Source of the DNA: Octopus bimaculoides
Taxonomy: Eukaryota
DNA length: 64,000 nt
Direction of reading: 5' to 3'
NCBI RefSeq assembly: GCF_001194135.2
Contig: NC_068987.1
Span: forward strand, 10,899,096-10,963,095
Part shown: piece by piece, positions 61,471 through 64,000 of the stretch
Position numbering within the stretch: the first letter of the stretch is position 1
Layout of the letters: each line of letters starts with the position of its first letter
Made by a program: the position numbers and the translations under genes
The notes under the pieces: model-generated
Databases searched by the model: none
What the model saw: only the letters and a program-made list of their open reading frames with translations
Told to the model about the DNA's origin: nothing

Positions 61471-62631
61471 ACTTAAAAATAGGACTCTTTAAATAGTACA
61501 GTCAGAGGTATGTATGGCATGAACAAAGTTGGAATGGTCATGGCTAGAATGTCTTTAACCATAGGTCTGCTTGATCATGGTTGATCAGGGGAACAAACAA
61601 CAACAGTAACAACACAAAAAGATGCACAACCCTTCAACACTTCCCTCTCCTACCACCCCTGCACACGATGATCGTGTATTCAATCTGAATTATTTATTGT
61701 TCCTGTTTTATAATACATTGACTGTTAATTGTTGCCAGGTGCTGTTATTCACTTGGATAAATAAATTATACAATCATTAGCAATAGTCACATGACATAAG
61801 TCTGAAATTACTTCCAAACCACTGTTTACAATGACTCTGTATATATATATATATTGATTATAGGCATTACCATCATCATCGTCATCATCGTCATCATTTT
61901 GCATTTAGAGGTTATTCGAATGAACAGTGATGTTTCTTTCTCCCTTGTAACAAAAGAGAGAGAGGAGACAGAGAGAGAGGAGACAGAGAGAGAAGGGGGG
62001 AGGACGGGAGGGTGGGAGATCTTAGCTGTGTTAAAGTCATCTCCGAGATTTTGTGTCTTTCTTTGTCTATTTGTCACCCTGGGTAACTGTCGGCCACAGG
62101 TGTCTCCTCTATTAATTCTTTCTCTCTATGTTCCTACTACCCATTACCACTCTCTCTTAGATACCTTTAAACATGTTACTGTCCTCTTTGTCTAATGGAG
62201 TTTATTCTAGCCGTTGTATTTTCTGTATTTGTGTGTGTGTATGTGTGGTTTTTTTTCTTCAGTAAATCACTCGTCTTTCTCATAAACAGGTCCACTGCTG
62301 GGAGAATATATACTCATTCCTTCTGGATTGTCATTGTGTATACTCCTTTCTCAACCTCTCTGACACCATAATAAATTACAAATTATCTATAAGCCAACAA
62401 GAGAGCTTTCTATGCAGTTACCTGCCTGCTTGACCAGCTAAAATAGCAACCAAATCTCATTCAAATCACATCATACACTAATAATAAAAAAAGAAAGGAA
62501 AGTCACTTTAAATATTCTGTTGTGTCTGGGGAGGGTCATTATATCAATATTATTAACACACACACTGGTTCAATTCCACTCTTTTATTATTAGTCAATTG
62601 GTTAATTATTCAACTAAGTAACTGATTACTC

Positions 62632-62837
62632 TCTCTTTTACTTCTTTCAGTCATTTGGCTGCGGCCATGCTGGAGCACCGCCTTTAGTCGAGCAAATCGA
62701 CCCCAGGACTTATTCTTTGTAAGCCTAGTACTTATTCTATCGGTCACTTTCGCCGAACTGCTAAGTTACGGGGACGTAAACACACCAGCATCGGTTGTCA
62801 AGCGATGTTGGGGGCACAAACATATACACACACACGC

Positions 62838-62868
<31 letters not shown>

Positions 62869-63032
62869 CGACGGGCTTCTTTCAGTTTCCATCTACCAAA
62901 TCCACTCACAAAGCTTTGGTCGGCCCAAGGCTATAGTAGAAGACACTTGCCCAAGGTGCCACGCAGTGGGACTGAACCCGGAACCATGCAGTTGGGAAGC
63001 AAGCTTCTTACCCACACAGCCACTCCTGCACC
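62632..63032 (-). mobile_element. SINE AB, full length
   Basis: Near-consensus head, internal microsatellite and B tail. Confidence 0.9.
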
Positions 63033-64000
63033 TATATTTTCAACAATTTTAAAAACATTCACAAATTAACATGATTATGTATTAGTTTGGACAGCATGGA
63101 TTAAATATAAGTTGATAATTTCAGTGCCAAGATTTTACAGTATTTTTCATGTTCTAATGATATTCAGATGACATATTATTCCCATGTCTATTTTTATTTA
63201 TTTTAATGTTCTTTCTTTTAGTTCCATAGCTTGGCTCTTAAATCTGAGCCTTTATGTAGCAGTAGCCACTAATAACACATTTCCTTAAACAACCTGGTCT
63301 AATATTGGTTCTTAATACTAAAGTACATTTTCTCTCACCGAAATGCTTTTTAGCAATTTCAACACTTTTCTTTTCCCTTTTGTTTACGATCAAATTCTGA
63401 TATCCTCGAATAGAAGCACACTTCATTTCGTTGTTGTTTGATATCTTTTTTAAGCTCTTATCTCTGTCTTTCCCCCCGCTGTTCTCGTTCCTCCTGGATA
63501 TTATGTTGTCAAATAAGATTTGCACTATTCTGGATCTGTAAGAGCTCCATCGTCGATCTTTATGTCTTACTAACTAATAATTTCATACTGTATCGCAAGC
63601 GAGTTGCTCTCATAAATGAATATTTCTAACTTCTTTTTTTTTTTTTTTTTAGATGGCTATTTTAAGTACTCAGCTATTTCTACACCTATCTATCATAATT
63701 TAAATGTTTAGAATAACTAGTTTGATTTCCCTTTCTTTTCTTGTATTTTTTAAAAGGAATCTTTCACATTTTTGGGTATTTTTTCCCTTAAATAATCTAC
63801 AGCCAGTTGTCAAAATTTTGAGTATTTCATTTCATATGTATGTCTTCTTCTAAACGTATTCTAATTCCTATTATCAGTTAACTTAACTTAGTGTCCACCA
63901 CACTTTATAAACCATTAACAACACGGATCTTATCACTTGGTCTTCATATTCTATGTCTTGAACATGTATTTAAGAACATTATCTTTCATAGGTTGGTTTG

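Noticed and set aside
63238-63525. 95-aa minus-strand ORF in unique sequence
   Set aside because: Starts at GTG, has no recognisable domain and no convincing splice sites.

Overview
AT-rich, repeat-dominated, non-coding eukaryotic DNA with 13 assembly gaps (N runs). The repeat families look like those of an octopus (coleoid cephalopod); this is from recall, not a database search. I cannot support any host protein-coding gene, rRNA, functional tRNA or CRISPR array. The supplied ORFs are microsatellite, N-run or repeat artefacts, apart from decayed RTE-clade LINE reverse-transcriptase fragments. The window contains: at least four tRNA-derived SINE families (my labels AB, C, D, I), a further dispersed repeat (H), RTE LINE fragments and many copies of their (GAT)n-tailed 3' UTR, non-autonomous DNA transposons (hAT, Tc1/mariner, piggyBac-like, Helentron/HINE-like, one fold-back element), TE-derived tandem arrays and large TA/CA microsatellites. 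Best leads: (1) two different minimal type I hammerhead-ribozyme-like motifs on the minus strand (244-283 and 53369-53416), each with a palindromic loop III and one core defect, in TA-flanked Penelope-like remnants, the second next to a perfect 47-bp hairpin; (2) SINE C joined to exactly the same site of SINE AB at three loci (13-bp duplication at two of them) and to a fixed site in itself at two loci, suggesting site-specific or tail-primed SINE-on-SINE insertion; (3) a modular stem-loop 3' UTR of the RTE LINE that has also seeded a tandem array. I see no evidence for a new protein-based system.
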